Below, in pieces: positions 37,117 through 49,190 of a DNA stretch of 64,000 bases. The translations under genes were made by a program, and so were the position numbers. A model generated the notes under the pieces. It searched no databases and was not told the origin of the DNA. It worked only from the letters and a program-made list of their open reading frames with translations. Position 1 is the stretch's first letter. The number at the start of each line of letters is the position of its first letter. Source of the stretch: Monocercomonoides exilis PA203 (Eukaryota; Protista; Preaxostyla); assembly GCA_001643675.2 (NCBI GenBank), contig LSRY02000010.1:1302001-1366000 (forward strand). The letters are read 5' to 3'.

Positions 37117-40100
37117 TCAACAAAAGCTCATTTTTGAAGAGGATTCATTGGCCTCCTGAGTTCTTGGCTCATCCACATCAACAGCATCGGACATTGTGAG
37201 CATTGCTGCTTCTGGTGGAAATATTTTGATCAGCTCTCTTTTAACCTCCACAAGGCTTGGCCGATCCGATGGATTGTGCGAAACACATCGATGAATCACC
37301 CCAAATAGCTTTGAGGAGTTAATTACTTCAAGATTTTGCCTCTCACCGTTCACAATCTTCTGCCCAGCAATCTCTGCCTCGTATTCTCCAAATGGGATCT
37401 GAAGTGTCAAGCACTCCCACAACATCATCCCAATCGAAAATGCAACTGATTCCTTTGTTGCTCCCATCTTCTTGTTCATCTGCAGCTCTGGTGCCTTCCA
37501 TCTCAAGCACTCTTTTTTGAAGCTATCCTCATTCTCAAAGGCGGAAGAGGGCAGAGAGTCATCATCATCATCGCTGGCAGAAGTCACAACAGTTGATGAG
37601 GAGATGGAAGAAGAATCCGAATCATCATCAGACAATAAATCTGAATGCATCACAATGCAGATCACCATGTGTTCAGAAAACAGCACAATGTGAGGACTCA
37701 GATTGGAAAGAGAAGAAAGAGGATTTTCCATTTCGTCAAATGAGTGAATGGCTCCATTCGCCACCCAGAACAGGATTTGAGTAGCTGTTTGCTCTCTTTC
37801 TTTCAACGAGCCAATCGCCATCTCCTTCTTTTCGTTCCTCCCATGCAGCAGCATGAATAGCGAATCTCTTAGATCCACAATCAGTTTCTCGTGAGGCGAT
37901 GAGCATGCCATTGCATCCACCAGATTCGACATCGATGAGGTGGTCGGGCACAGGCTTTCTGTTCTGACAAATGTGGATTCAGTGTCTGAAGTGTCTGTGG
38001 TGGAAGTAGTTGAAGTGGATGAAATGGATGGTGATGGAGTTCTCTTTCTCGAAATATCTTCTTCTTTCTCATCAGCTTTCTCCAGTGCCCATTCTGGAAT
38101 CTTGCCTGAATCCTTTCCCAATATATATTCAGTGGAGCCACTCTCGCTCAAAAGATACTCTTCTGACTCAGAATGCACCATCTGCTTCCCATTCATTCTC
38201 TTCTTCATCCTCTCTTCATTCTTCTTCTCTGCCTCTCTCTCTGCTCTCCTCCACTGCTCTTCTGGTGACATCTCCATTGTCACCATCTCAAATACCTTCG
38301 GATCCTTTTTAATATTGTCTTCCACGATTATCTCCAATTCTTCTGTTCGTCTCTTTTGCTTCTTCCATCGAACAGCAAGGATAATAGACACAACAAGAAC
38401 TATTAAGAACATAATAATAAATATAACTGCAATTATGAAAGCCCATGATTTTTCTTCTTTTCCTCCTTCAACAATTCTTTCATCTCCATTTAACTGACTT
38501 TCACTTGCATTCTTCAGAATAAATGATTTCGTTGATGAAGGAGATTCTGCATTTCCAAACAAAACAGAAACACTCACCTCGATTTCATTTCCACAATTGT
38601 TGAGGAGATCTTTTGCCACACTTCCTTCAACTTTTCTTTCTGACAAAAATCCATTTGAATCAAAATCATGCTTTTCAACCTCTTTCTCTTCTCCCTTCCT
38701 CTTCACAACTGAGAATGACAAGTTGCATGGAACAAGAAGCAATCCTTTGAATGTTAGTTTCATTCTATCTGTTGTTTCTTTTGCTTCCACACTCTCCAGC
38801 ACAGGAATGAAGAATGATGAATCCCTTTCTGAAACAATCCCTTCAAAACTGCATCCGTCATTCAACATCCAAAGTGATGTGTTATCCTTCAATCCATTTC
38901 CTCCTTTCAAACTCATCACATTCAATGTTCCAGAACCAGAACAGATGATATTTTTTCTCAATGATGGATACTTTTCAATTGATGGATTATTGTTCTCAAA
39001 TAACCCCATCTCAATAATCACATTTCCTCCACTCATTGTGATTCCACCCTCTGGTGAATTCGAGATTGTTGTATCTTTCATCAAAACAGAACTCTTCACA
39101 ACATCAACAAGCGATCCATTCCATTTGCACACATCATCATTTGCTGAATTCTTTTTACTCCGAAACTCATCATCAGACCCAGTCAGTTCACATGTTTGCA
39201 AAGACAGAGATGACCCAGTGGATATTTTAACCAAGCTCCCTTTCTTTGAAGGTGTGAAACATCTTTCAAATGAACAATTCAACAATTGGCTTCTTGTTTT
39301 TTCACAGGCTGACTCAACCATACGGGAATTGATGCTGTTGTTGCTGGTGATGTTTGAGAATGATGAAATGCCCATCTGCAGAACAACCCTTTCTCCAACA
39401 TCTTTCTCATTGACATGTTGATTCTTCTCTTTTATCAGAGAAATAAAGCTTTCCCCATGCAGCAGAATATCTGATGCTATCAGTTGAGTGATATTCACTG
39501 ATGAACCTGGTTCAGCAATAATCGTATTTTCGGTCGTTTTTATTTCCAATATCTTGATCTGATTTATTGTTGCAATCGACCCGCTTTTGAAGAAAAATAA
39601 CTGATGCGTTGTGCTCATCACATTTATCGAGCCCTTCACTATCTCAAATGAGCCACCTTCAATCACAAAAAGGCTTGAATTGAGGATGAACTCAATTGAT
39701 GAAGATTGCATGATACAATTTTCAAATGTCAATGAACCATTCAATTGCTTCATAATTGCTGTGTGCTCAGCTGAGAAATGCTCGCCAAATGAAAACAAAC
39801 AACTTTCAACCAAACATTCATTTTCAAACATTATTATCCAAGATCCGTCAAATATCTTTTCAATCAATGAATTGAAATGAATTATTGATTGCTGTTTGAT
39901 GATTGACTTCAGCGTGAGATTGCTAATGACTGTCGGTTCAACAACCACTGTTGATGAATCAACACAAATCGCATTGAATAGCCCAACCTGCACATGCCTC
40001 ACTCCGTGTGACACGCTTCGGCAAGGATTGTCCTGCTTCCCACACTGGTTGCTGTCTTCAAACTTCATCGACACAAACACCTGCGGCGTGTACAGAAATG

Positions 40101-43100
40101 TGATCAGCGGGATGAGATCGATGTCTGAATGTGTCAAGTCGCTTCCACAAATCGATGTGTTCATACGCAGTGAGGATTGCGAAAAGTCAAGAGCAAAAAG
40201 TGTTTCATTGATCTGCTTATCGATCGAATAGCAGTTAATAAACATATCCTTTCCCATGAATGCACTGTTCATCATGAATTGAACACTCTCAACGTGAAGA
40301 AGAAGCGGGCTTGAAGGGGTTTGAAAAGGAGCATCTGGATCACAAAAGTCCAGCATCATTCCGCCTCCTCTCCCTGTGCTCTCAGAACAAGTGCACAACA
40401 CAAATGCACAGTTTTTCACTCCCAGACTTGATTCCTCATTCTTCATGTGCATCATCAGCCCTCCTCCTCTGTTGCTTTGCCGGCTGATGCAGTTCCAGAA
40501 TGTACAATTCTCCATTCCACAATCCAATCCAGCAAACTCTTTCACACCCAAAAACACTGATCCTTCCTCAGTTCTCGACACATTCTCGACTGTGACAGAT
40601 GTCATGTTCATTGATGGGCAATCCACTGGCAAATCAGGTGAATTTCCTAAAGCCAACTGATTTGAATGGAGTTCAGAAGGGAAAACTGATATGAAGCAAT
40701 CAGAAGAAACAGACGAATTTGTGAATGATGTGTTGTGCATGTGCACAGAATGGAAATTAGCAGAAAGTCGCAGAAATGGGTTTGCAAGAGACAAAGTCAC
40801 AACGGTACAGTGTTCCAGGGAGACATCTCCCTCCACAATGTCGAGCACACACAAGGAAGAAGGTGACGAGGTGTCAAATGGAATGAATTTGCAAAGAGAG
40901 AAAGACACTGAATGGACAGAGTGGACGAACGATTTGCAGAACTCACATCTGCTCGGAAGATCAATAATAACGCTTGAGAAAGTTAAATTCACTGAATTAG
41001 AGATCAGCGAGCCATCATCTGAGGAATTTCCATCATCAGAAATGAACAAGTGTACAGCCTCATCACCTCCTTCGATTGAAATCAAATGTCTGTTCTCATC
41101 GGACGGTTTTGAAGGCAGCAAAGTAACTGAATGTTTGAGTGAAGCTGATTCTTCCACTTTGATGATCGATTTCTCCAAAGCAACTGGAGAAAATCGCATT
41201 TTGATCATGTGATCAATCGACGAACATGGCACTTCTGAATATCCACATCCACTGAAGTCTCCTCCTTTCTCTTTCGAAACAAACCCATCTCCACTCCAAT
41301 TATCCCACAAATACACAACAAGCGGAATCACATATCCCCCTTCTCCTGTTATCTTCCTCTCCCATCCACATAGCTCATCCAACGATCCCAACTCCTCAGA
41401 ACTCATCTCCCATTTGAAGCTATTCTCATTCACAATCTCACTCAGATCCCATCCAGAAACAAACATATTCTTCCCTTTCCAGGCATTGCATCCCTCAAAT
41501 GCCATCTCTTCCATCATAAATTTCTCTATTTCCTCTGGCAATGCAGCAAACATCCCTCCTCCCATTCCCTTTCCTCCATCCTCAACATCCTCTGATGGAA
41601 CTTCACATTCAGACAAATTCACATTTTTCATTTCAAAACTTCCTCCACTTCCAACTGATATCATCATCCCTCCTCCTCTCAGTCCTTCTTCGTTTTTGCA
41701 CTTTGATGATATGCTCGTGTTCTTGATCGATATGGTTCCTCCACCACTCATCTCCACTTTCACGCATCCTCCACTTCCTCCATCATTTTTCAAATCTGTC
41801 AATGTGCATCCCTCAACTGCCACTTGTGATGCTCCATTCACATTGATTGGCGAAAGCGCAGCGAAAGTGATATCCTCAGAAACAACCAATCTTGTGAGCT
41901 CCAATTCACCTCCACTCACATGAATTAACGAAAATGCCACAGAGCTCTCAAGAGAATCAGCTGAAAATACAATCGAAACATTGCTCAAAGAGAGAAAGAT
42001 TGTTGACTGAATAATCGAAGATATTGAAGAAGGAAGAATACAAGGAAGAACAAAAGAGAGAAAAGATAGAGAAAAACTGCCAATGCATTGAATGATATTG
42101 TTGCAGTCAGAAGAGATATTGTTAGTCAAGGCAACATTCACCAAGGGATATTGGCTCAAAGAAGATGATGCTGGTGAAGAAGAAATTGATATTTGAGATG
42201 TTTGAAACAAAGGCACAACAAACGGATTCTTGATCGATGCTGATGATATCACTTCCATCGCATTCACCGATTCATTCACTCTCTCACGTATGCAGAAATC
42301 GATTGTTGAACAGCAAAAAGTCGAATGTCCACAATGCGAATGATCAAAACCACTCCCTTTAATGAATATGGGGGATTTCAAGTCACATAGATACACGTGC
42401 AACGGAATCACAGGCATCACTGTCCCATTCTCACATCCAGACAAATCATCTCCAAAATTTATACAATTGTCATTTTTTATGAATCTGATGGATGATCTGT
42501 CAATCTTCTCCTTCAACAAAATTCCACATTCACAGAAGATAAAAATATCTCTTCCGTAAGAGGCTTTATTTAGGTTCTCAACTGAAAACGTCACATTTTC
42601 ACATATTGTGAATTTTGATTCAATGGAGTCAACATCAATATACAATCCTCCTCCTCTTCCTTTTCCAATAGGATTTCCTGCATAGCATCCTTCAAATTTT
42701 GATGTTCCATTCACTATTAATTCTCCACGGGAAATCATTCCTCCTCCACTGTTTCCCACTGATATATTTTCTAAATGACAGTTTTCAACAGCGACTCTTC
42801 CTGAGGATGCGTTGCGCCACTCAATCACACCTCCATTTCCAGACATCCTTTGAATCAGCGAAAAGTTTGTGTTTACCACATATAAAACTGAACTTAACTG
42901 ATTGACATTGCATGCAATGAAACTGTCCGACAAGAAATTCATGCTTGTTATCCCAACTCCTGATAATTGCACACTCCCTCCACGTACGTTTATAAAAGAC
43001 GCTTCAAGCTGTAATGAACTTTCAATTGATGATATTTCACATTCCTTTATTGTCAACGATCCATCTCCATCCATCACCACAAATGGCATGCTTGCACCAC

Positions 43101-44943
43101 TCTCTGCATTTCCTTGAAGCATTGTCACTTTTTGAACGCAAAAAGTTCCAGATGCAACATTAATAACAGATAATGACGATGATGCTGATTGTACAACACA
43201 TTCGTTCTTTGACAATCCACAAACACTGAATTCTCCGGAAGAAATCGTTATTTGTTCTTCTTTGAACACACTTGGTCGCAGGATCAGAGTTTTATTCAAG
43301 CTGCCTGTTATTCTTCCAAGTGAATATTTGATTGAGCGACATAAAGGAGCAAAACCACACTGCCCATGATCAATTCCGACTGAATAATCAGCTGTTATTA
43401 GATAATTATTCTCATTGTCTTTCATCCACAAACTCATATCTGATATGTTCGAACATTCATAGTCTCCATCATTGCATCTTGTGATTCTTGGTGATGGACT
43501 TAATGAATAACAAAAAGAAATGTTGCTTTCATTGATTGACTTCCACTTCTGGTAAAAAGCAATGTGTATGTCATGCCCATATGCGTTATTTTCAGCTTTA
43601 TTATTTTGGAAAATGCAATACTTCAGACTTATTGATGTCTGATTCGATTCTTTTTCTCCAGCAAAAAATATACATGGAGCATAGCCTTCGCTCCTGCAAT
43701 TCTGCATCAGACAATTTGTTATTAAAGTTGATGTTTCAATACAATATAAATGAGTAACTGATGAGTACTTAGTCGAGGTTGCATTGTCAAAAATACATGA
43801 ATAAACAATAAAGTTCATTTTCTTTGCATTTGGGAAATAAAAACAAGTTTTGCTTTCTGATGAGCAATTTGTGAACGAAGTTGAATTTAATTGAAATGAA
43901 AACACATTATCAGCTCTAAACCCACCAGTTTCTCCAAACGCAGAACATTCATTTACAAGGCATTCATCAGAAACAAATTTACCAGAAGATTCGATCATGA
44001 AAACAGCTCCTCCGTGCATTTTTGAAGAACATCCAATGAATGAACAACGATGCAATATTATTGTTGCACTTCCTTCTCCAAAAAGAGCACCACCTGTTTC
44101 ATCACTCTGAATGTTGAATGTATCATCGTTAAACTCATTTTCTCCTTCTGAAAATGGCAACCTTTCATTATAAGTTGTATAGCATTTCAAAAACGATGAA
44201 TTACTGCAATAAAAAGAGATCATCGCAGGCGATAAAATCCCTCCAGAATATGGACTTTCGCAACCAATCATCACTGTTCTTTTCACCAGGACTCTGTAAG
44301 AACATCCATTTTTATTATCCCACTTTTTTGTTGATTTTGACAAAGTGATATTTTCGAACAAAGTATCAGATACAGATATTGATGAAAGACAATTCGAAGA
44401 AAGAAAAGGGTCATTTCCAAGAATTCTAAATGATGAAATTCTCAAAGATGACAAGCACAATTCACCACCTTGAGGAAGAACTTTCTTTGAACGATAAGCT
44501 ATCAAAGATGATAATTGGCGATCCTGAACAATAAAATTAAATGTAATATTTCTGAGACATATTCGGCCTCCTGAACAATCAAGCAGATTTTTTGATTGTG
44601 TATGGACTGAAAATGAACAGATAGAAATATCCAGCTGCGAACGTGAATCAACTGATGCCAAATGTGTCTCCATGTTTATGTTACAGGATAGTGCAGACAA
44701 GTTAATTGTTGAGTTTTGAACAACAAAAAATGAATACACATTTTCCAATTCACCTTGCTTGCTCTTTTCTTTGTTTGTCTGTTCAAATGATAATCCTTGC
44801 TTTTCTGAACTCAAAATAGTTGTTGCATGACAAAAAAATTCAATTCCATCAAGATTGTTTCCTGAAACCAACAAATAAAACACGAGGTGCCACAAAATGA
44901 TCAGATTCATGGAATGTTGATAATCAATAATTCTATTATGCAT
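37117..44943 (-). CDS. Giant intronless type-I membrane protein: Cys-rich Pmp-like beta-helix ectodomain, single TM, TKL-like pseudokinase tail (2608 aa)
   Basis: Signal-like MNLIILWHLVFYLLVSG. Repeated GG(A/G)(L/V/M) and FxxC motifs. TM WAFIIAVIFIIMFLIVLVVSIILAV followed by RWKKQKRR. Kinase C-lobe RWKAPEL, VAFSIGMMLWECLTLQIPF, CVSHNPSDRPS, but no HRD or DFG. Confidence 0.88.
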   Translation of the reverse strand: MHNRIIDYQHSMNLIILWHLVFYLLVSGNNLDGIEFFCHATTILSSEKQGLSFEQTNKEKSKQGELENVYSFFVVQNSTINLSALSCNINMETHLASVDSRSQLDISICSFSVHTQSKNLLDCSGGRICLRNITFNFIVQDRQLSSLIAYRSKKVLPQGGELCLSSLRISSFRILGNDPFLSSNCLSSISVSDTLFENITLSKSTKKWDNKNGCSYRVLVKRTVMIGCESPYSGGILSPAMISFYCSNSSFLKCYTTYNERLPFSEGENEFNDDTFNIQSDETGGALFGEGSATIILHRCSFIGCSSKMHGGAVFMIESSGKFVSDECLVNECSAFGETGGFRADNVFSFQLNSTSFTNCSSESKTCFYFPNAKKMNFIVYSCIFDNATSTKYSSVTHLYCIETSTLITNCLMQNCRSEGYAPCIFFAGEKESNQTSISLKYCIFQNNKAENNAYGHDIHIAFYQKWKSINESNISFCYSLSPSPRITRCNDGDYECSNISDMSLWMKDNENNYLITADYSVGIDHGQCGFAPLCRSIKYSLGRITGSLNKTLILRPSVFKEEQITISSGEFSVCGLSKNECVVQSASSSLSVINVASGTFCVQKVTMLQGNAESGASMPFVVMDGDGSLTIKECEISSIESSLQLEASFINVRGGSVQLSGVGITSMNFLSDSFIACNVNQLSSVLYVVNTNFSLIQRMSGNGGVIEWRNASSGRVAVENCHLENISVGNSGGGMISRGELIVNGTSKFEGCYAGNPIGKGRGGGLYIDVDSIESKFTICENVTFSVENLNKASYGRDIFIFCECGILLKEKIDRSSIRFIKNDNCINFGDDLSGCENGTVMPVIPLHVYLCDLKSPIFIKGSGFDHSHCGHSTFCCSTIDFCIRERVNESVNAMEVISSASIKNPFVVPLFQTSQISISSSPASSSLSQYPLVNVALTNNISSDCNNIIQCIGSFSLSFLSFVLPCILPSSISSIIQSTIFLSLSNVSIVFSADSLESSVAFSLIHVSGGELELTRLVVSEDITFAALSPINVNGASQVAVEGCTLTDLKNDGGSGGCVKVEMSGGGTISIKNTSISSKCKNEEGLRGGGMMISVGSGGSFEMKNVNLSECEVPSEDVEDGGKGMGGGMFAALPEEIEKFMMEEMAFEGCNAWKGKNMFVSGWDLSEIVNENSFKWEMSSEELGSLDELCGWERKITGEGGYVIPLVVYLWDNWSGDGFVSKEKGGDFSGCGYSEVPCSSIDHMIKMRFSPVALEKSIIKVEESASLKHSVTLLPSKPSDENRHLISIEGGDEAVHLFISDDGNSSDDGSLISNSVNLTFSSVIIDLPSRCEFCKSFVHSVHSVSFSLCKFIPFDTSSPSSLCVLDIVEGDVSLEHCTVVTLSLANPFLRLSANFHSVHMHNTSFTNSSVSSDCFISVFPSELHSNQLALGNSPDLPVDCPSMNMTSVTVENVSRTEEGSVFLGVKEFAGLDCGMENCTFWNCISRQSNRGGGLMMHMKNEESSLGVKNCAFVLCTCSESTGRGGGMMLDFCDPDAPFQTPSSPLLLHVESVQFMMNSAFMGKDMFINCYSIDKQINETLFALDFSQSSLRMNTSICGSDLTHSDIDLIPLITFLYTPQVFVSMKFEDSNQCGKQDNPCRSVSHGVRHVQVGLFNAICVDSSTVVVEPTVISNLTLKSIIKQQSIIHFNSLIEKIFDGSWIIMFENECLVESCLFSFGEHFSAEHTAIMKQLNGSLTFENCIMQSSSIEFILNSSLFVIEGGSFEIVKGSINVMSTTHQLFFFKSGSIATINQIKILEIKTTENTIIAEPGSSVNITQLIASDILLHGESFISLIKEKNQHVNEKDVGERVVLQMGISSFSNITSNNSINSRMVESACEKTRSQLLNCSFERCFTPSKKGSLVKISTGSSLSLQTCELTGSDDEFRSKKNSANDDVCKWNGSLVDVVKSSVLMKDTTISNSPEGGITMSGGNVIIEMGLFENNNPSIEKYPSLRKNIICSGSGTLNVMSLKGGNGLKDNTSLWMLNDGCSFEGIVSERDSSFFIPVLESVEAKETTDRMKLTFKGLLLVPCNLSFSVVKRKGEEKEVEKHDFDSNGFLSERKVEGSVAKDLLNNCGNEIEVSVSVLFGNAESPSSTKSFILKNASESQLNGDERIVEGGKEEKSWAFIIAVIFIIMFLIVLVVSIILAVRWKKQKRRTEELEIIVEDNIKKDPKVFEMVTMEMSPEEQWRRAEREAEKKNEERMKKRMNGKQMVHSESEEYLLSESGSTEYILGKDSGKIPEWALEKADEKEEDISRKRTPSPSISSTSTTSTTDTSDTESTFVRTESLCPTTSSMSNLVDAMACSSPHEKLIVDLRDSLFMLLHGRNEKKEMAIGSLKEREQTATQILFWVANGAIHSFDEMENPLSSLSNLSPHIVLFSEHMVICIVMHSDLLSDDDSDSSSISSSTVVTSASDDDDDSLPSSAFENEDSFKKECLRWKAPELQMNKKMGATKESVAFSIGMMLWECLTLQIPFGEYEAEIAGQKIVNGERQNLEVINSSKLFGVIHRCVSHNPSDRPSLVEVKRELIKIFPPEAAMLTMSDAVDVDEPRTQEANESSSKMSFC

Positions 44944-46045
44944 AAGATCTACAAATTTGAATTACATTATCGATAAAAGGTTTTTTCTTTGAAATTGAGA
45001 AAATTGAACTTTTCAATAACGATTAATTTGCAAACAATAATTAAAAGAAAGTATGCTTGCTTTTCTTCGTTTTGTTGGCTGAATTCATTGTGAAATAAAA
45101 TTTTATTTCAAAATCAAATTAAATAAATTCCAATCACTTCCTTCAGCGCGAATTCACATTGTTGAATCTTAACAAATGACAGAATTTCGCTCGAAGAATA
45201 CAGCAAATGGATTCAGATTAAAATGTTGTGAAATATTGAACAAAATCAGAAAAAATCATTTTTTAGTATGAAAATGTCTCGACAATTCAGTATCTTTGTT
45301 GAATAACTTTTCAGAAAGATTGCAAACTGGATTGAAAATAACAATATATTCTTTTTGCTTAAAAAGTTTGAACAGAAGAACAACAGAACTTCAGAAAAGC
45401 TGATAAGATAAATCAAAAGAATGCTTCAAAAGCTCGGTGAATTCCTCAATCAAATCTCGTGAAAGTTCATTAATATGCAATGAGGCATATTCTTTTAATG
45501 CGCATAAACTGTGCACGATTGAAAAATTCATTTTTATTTTGATCGTTTCTCATAATAAAAGTTTTCATCTCCAAAAATTAGAATGAACCGATCAAAGCAG
45601 GGAGGAAAAAATGCATTGCCTTTATTTTCCATATGGAAATATGTTTTTGTAAGCAATTAAATCATCCTTCTTTCTTTATAGTGATTGAACGCTCTCTCAA
45701 TGAACATTTTGAAAATGCAATTATTTTTATCAACAAAAAATAAATTGAAACAAATTGTGAAATTAACCGTTCTATTTGCTATTTGTGGTTTAACGTGGTG
45801 CACATGAGGAGAATGCAGAGGTTGTAATTGCATGCAATGAAAGTGTGTGAGTGCTTTTTGAGAAAAATATATCTGTAAATAATTATTTCACTTATTATCA
45901 GCAACGTGAGCGCTCGTGGAACATTTGAGAAAATTGCAGTATTTACATTGCATTTTTGTTATTATAAATTGTTGAATGCACTTTTAGGGATAAAAAATGC
46001 AAAGGCAACGAACTATCTGTTGTTTCGAAGCAAGTTTATGAGCTC

Positions 46046-49000
46046 TTGCTGGTTTGCGTTGGAACAATGGAAAACGTACCTCCAAGCATATTGGGAGGTG
46101 TAATAACAGGAAGCAAGCGAATTATGGCGGTTGGTGGAGAAGAAGCGGTTGCATCATTTGGATCTGCAATGATTCTGATAATTGACCCGAGATCTTATTC
46201 TCTTAGGCACAGAAAGCTCAGAGTTGATGAAATGCCAATGCCAACGAATGAAAAAAGTGGAAAACTAGTTCGCCAAGAGCAAGAAAAGCCAGAGGCAACG
46301 AAACTGTTTGATTCAGATTTTCTGGATTCTCCGCTCCTGTAAAGTGTCATCCATAAAGGAGAGACAATCCCAGGTGTTGTCGAGCGCATTAGCATCACAG
46401 AGAACGAAGAGGTGTTTCGAGTGCTGTCCAGATTGATTCTGAACGTTGTAAAGATGGCAGATGTTGATGGGATGGCTGCGCTGACGAGGCAGAATGTTTT
46501 GGATGTGATCAAAACATTCTCGTGAGAATTCAAAGCAAAGAAGCGCTGGAAGATGTCATTGCTTCTTTGTGGCTTGTGCGCAGCATTGGCCAGAAGATTC
46601 CACAACTGAAGTGCATCAACTGGGAACAAGACTACTGCAAGCCGAACATTGACACGGTGCTGGCAGAAATAACTGTTGGAAACAGGAAGCGAGGAATTGT
46701 GCGAAAAAAAGATAAATATAAAAGCTGCTTCAAGGAAAGAGATTGTAGACATTTTTTGTGAGTTGGATGAAATGAAAGCACTGTACGGAGAGGAACCAGC
46801 ATTTCAGAGTGAAAAAGCACAGAATGATGAAAGAAACGAAAAAGCGAATACCAAAACAACGCGTAAGGGAAAAGGTTGCACACTTTCAAAAAATGAAGAA
46901 AACACTTATGAACAGTTAGAAGAAAGCAAAAGAAAGCAAGAATCTGCATCTGAACCTTGTGGGCCTTCAGAGCCATCAGAAGCTTCAAATATGGCAGCTG
47001 AAAAGCCATTTGTTCCGACTTCGATTCGAATAAAAGCAGTGCTGGCTCTTTTGAATGGAACGTTGTATTATGGCATGCTTTCTCCGATTAGGAAGCTGAT
47101 TCATGTGCTGGGCGAAGGGATCAGACTACCAGAAGGGGCAGAGGCAGAGTATTTAAAGAGGAAGGAAGAAAAGCTGGATCGAGGCTCATCAGGAGAAGAT
47201 GGAAGAGAGCATGAAAGCAGCGATTGCGAATGGGAAGACAGCGAGGGAGACATGATGAAAGATCTGTTTGATGTTCTTCAGATCAGCCATTGTGTCTATA
47301 AAATAGATGCGCTGTTTCGGCACCGTTGTATGTTCTTCTTTGTGTTCTATATGATAATCTTTTCAAACATTGAATTAAAATTATTTTATAATTTTAGTGC
47401 TCGAAAGTGAGAAAGAACCTTTCAACATTCATGCAAACTCATTATGGGATTTTAAGATAGTTGACAAAACAGAACCCATGTCAGATAGGCAACTTAAAAC
47501 ATTGGTGGATTTGCTCTTGAACAAGTGTGCTCAGAATTATTTTCGTTATAAATTCAATTTTATAAATTAAAATTTTTGTTTTATTAAACAAATGGCTTAT
47601 TTGTTAAAACTTTTTTCTTTTCTTTTCTTTTTTCTTTTTTCTTTCTTTCTTTTTTTTTTTGACTTCTGCTTTTGTTGACAGGTTTCCTGACAATTTGTTT
47701 TTCTGCTTATCGAGTCATTGCCTTGAGAGTATATGTGAAACATACCCGAGCCAAATGAAGCGGCTGTATTTTTCTACTTTTGAAAAGCAAATTATGGAGG
47801 ATTTGGCCTGTGTCGAAGAAGAAATGAAGCAAATTGAGGAGAAAGAATGTCAAGTGAGAGAAAGGAGCATTAGAGAAGAAGGTAACGCAAAGACAATGAT
47901 TTTCCACACAAATCTGAAGAATGAATATTTCCGGAATCTGTTCAATATGAGTAATTATAATCTTGTCCAGTTCAACCACATCAAGCAGCGCCAATTCACA
48001 GAATTCGATTCTGCAGCCGAATTTGAATGTGACAGCGAGCTTCACAAAGAGTTGCATAAACTTGAATTTCTGAACAACTCATATTATATGGGGAAAGCAT
48101 TCAGGAGTTGGTTGCATGCAAATGATAATGAGTTTCCTAATACGGCAACTGCAACTGCATCAGAATATCATTACTCTTCAGCCGCATTCCACTTCAACCA
48201 TTCACTGAACTGCATTGCTGCTATTAGAGCCACCGAAGATTGCTGTGATAATGTTGTCATTCGTTCGTTCTTTGAAAAACTTGCTTGGATGATGGGCTGT
48301 CCATTTTGCTTGGTTGCTCCTGTTTCAGTCAAGCGGCTGGCGTGCGAGGCTTACGAGCAACAGTCGTTGAAGTCTGTTCGGAATTCGATTGATTCGTTTG
48401 TGACGCAAATGCTGCTAAATGTTGAAAAAGAGCTGCCATATGTGTTTTCCATGGGGTTTGTGAGCACACTCTTTGAGTGGACGATGAATGGGAAGGATTC
48501 AAACTTGGAAGTTATTTGTCTATGTGTCCAAGTGATAAGAGAGCTGTGCATTGCCAACACGAATGTTTCGAGAGAGACGAGGATTGAAGAAGCAGATCCG
48601 TTCAATAAAAGCGTTGTTGCTCAAAGAAAGTATTTCAATGCAAAAGGTAAAAGTACGTTTAATCTTCCAAAACTAACAGAAATAAATGCAGTTTCATCGC
48701 TTGAGATATTCATGTGCTGCAAGGAGTACGTGCCAAAGATTGGCAACTCTGAAACAGCATGTCAAAATTATCAACCGCATGAGGTGGATTTCAAAGAGGA
48801 TGCAGAAGATCTGGCAAAGGGAGAAGATATTGGATTGTGACTTCTTCGTCTGATTGATGATGCAATCGAAGAAAGTGGGATTCGCGATTTTGTTGAAGCC
48901 ACTCAAATAAGAAGAAATTTGGAGTTATTTTGGTTGTGCCCAGGTATTTTGCAGTGGAAAAGTGAAGTCTTCGATATGGAGGCGCAATATCATACCAAAA

Positions 49001-49190
49001 GAGATCAAATGAACATGTTACCAGCATTGGAATTTGATCTGATGCCTTTTGATTGGTATAGCAATACAAATCATTTAGCGAATCAATAAAGTGCTGATGG
49101 TCTGACTCTTCCAGGATGCAGTTCTCTGAAGCATTGTATGTTAAGGATTTTCTGAGCAATTATTTAAATTGCATTTATCCTTGCATTTTA
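46046..49190 (+). pseudogene. Decayed gene of an unidentified helical-repeat family
   Basis: Coding-like, GC-richer sequence broken by TAA at 46340-46342, TGA/frameshift at ~46523, frameshift at ~46700 and TGA at 48838; intron-like T-rich segments around 47330-47400 and 47530-47680. Family not recognised. Confidence 0.5.
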
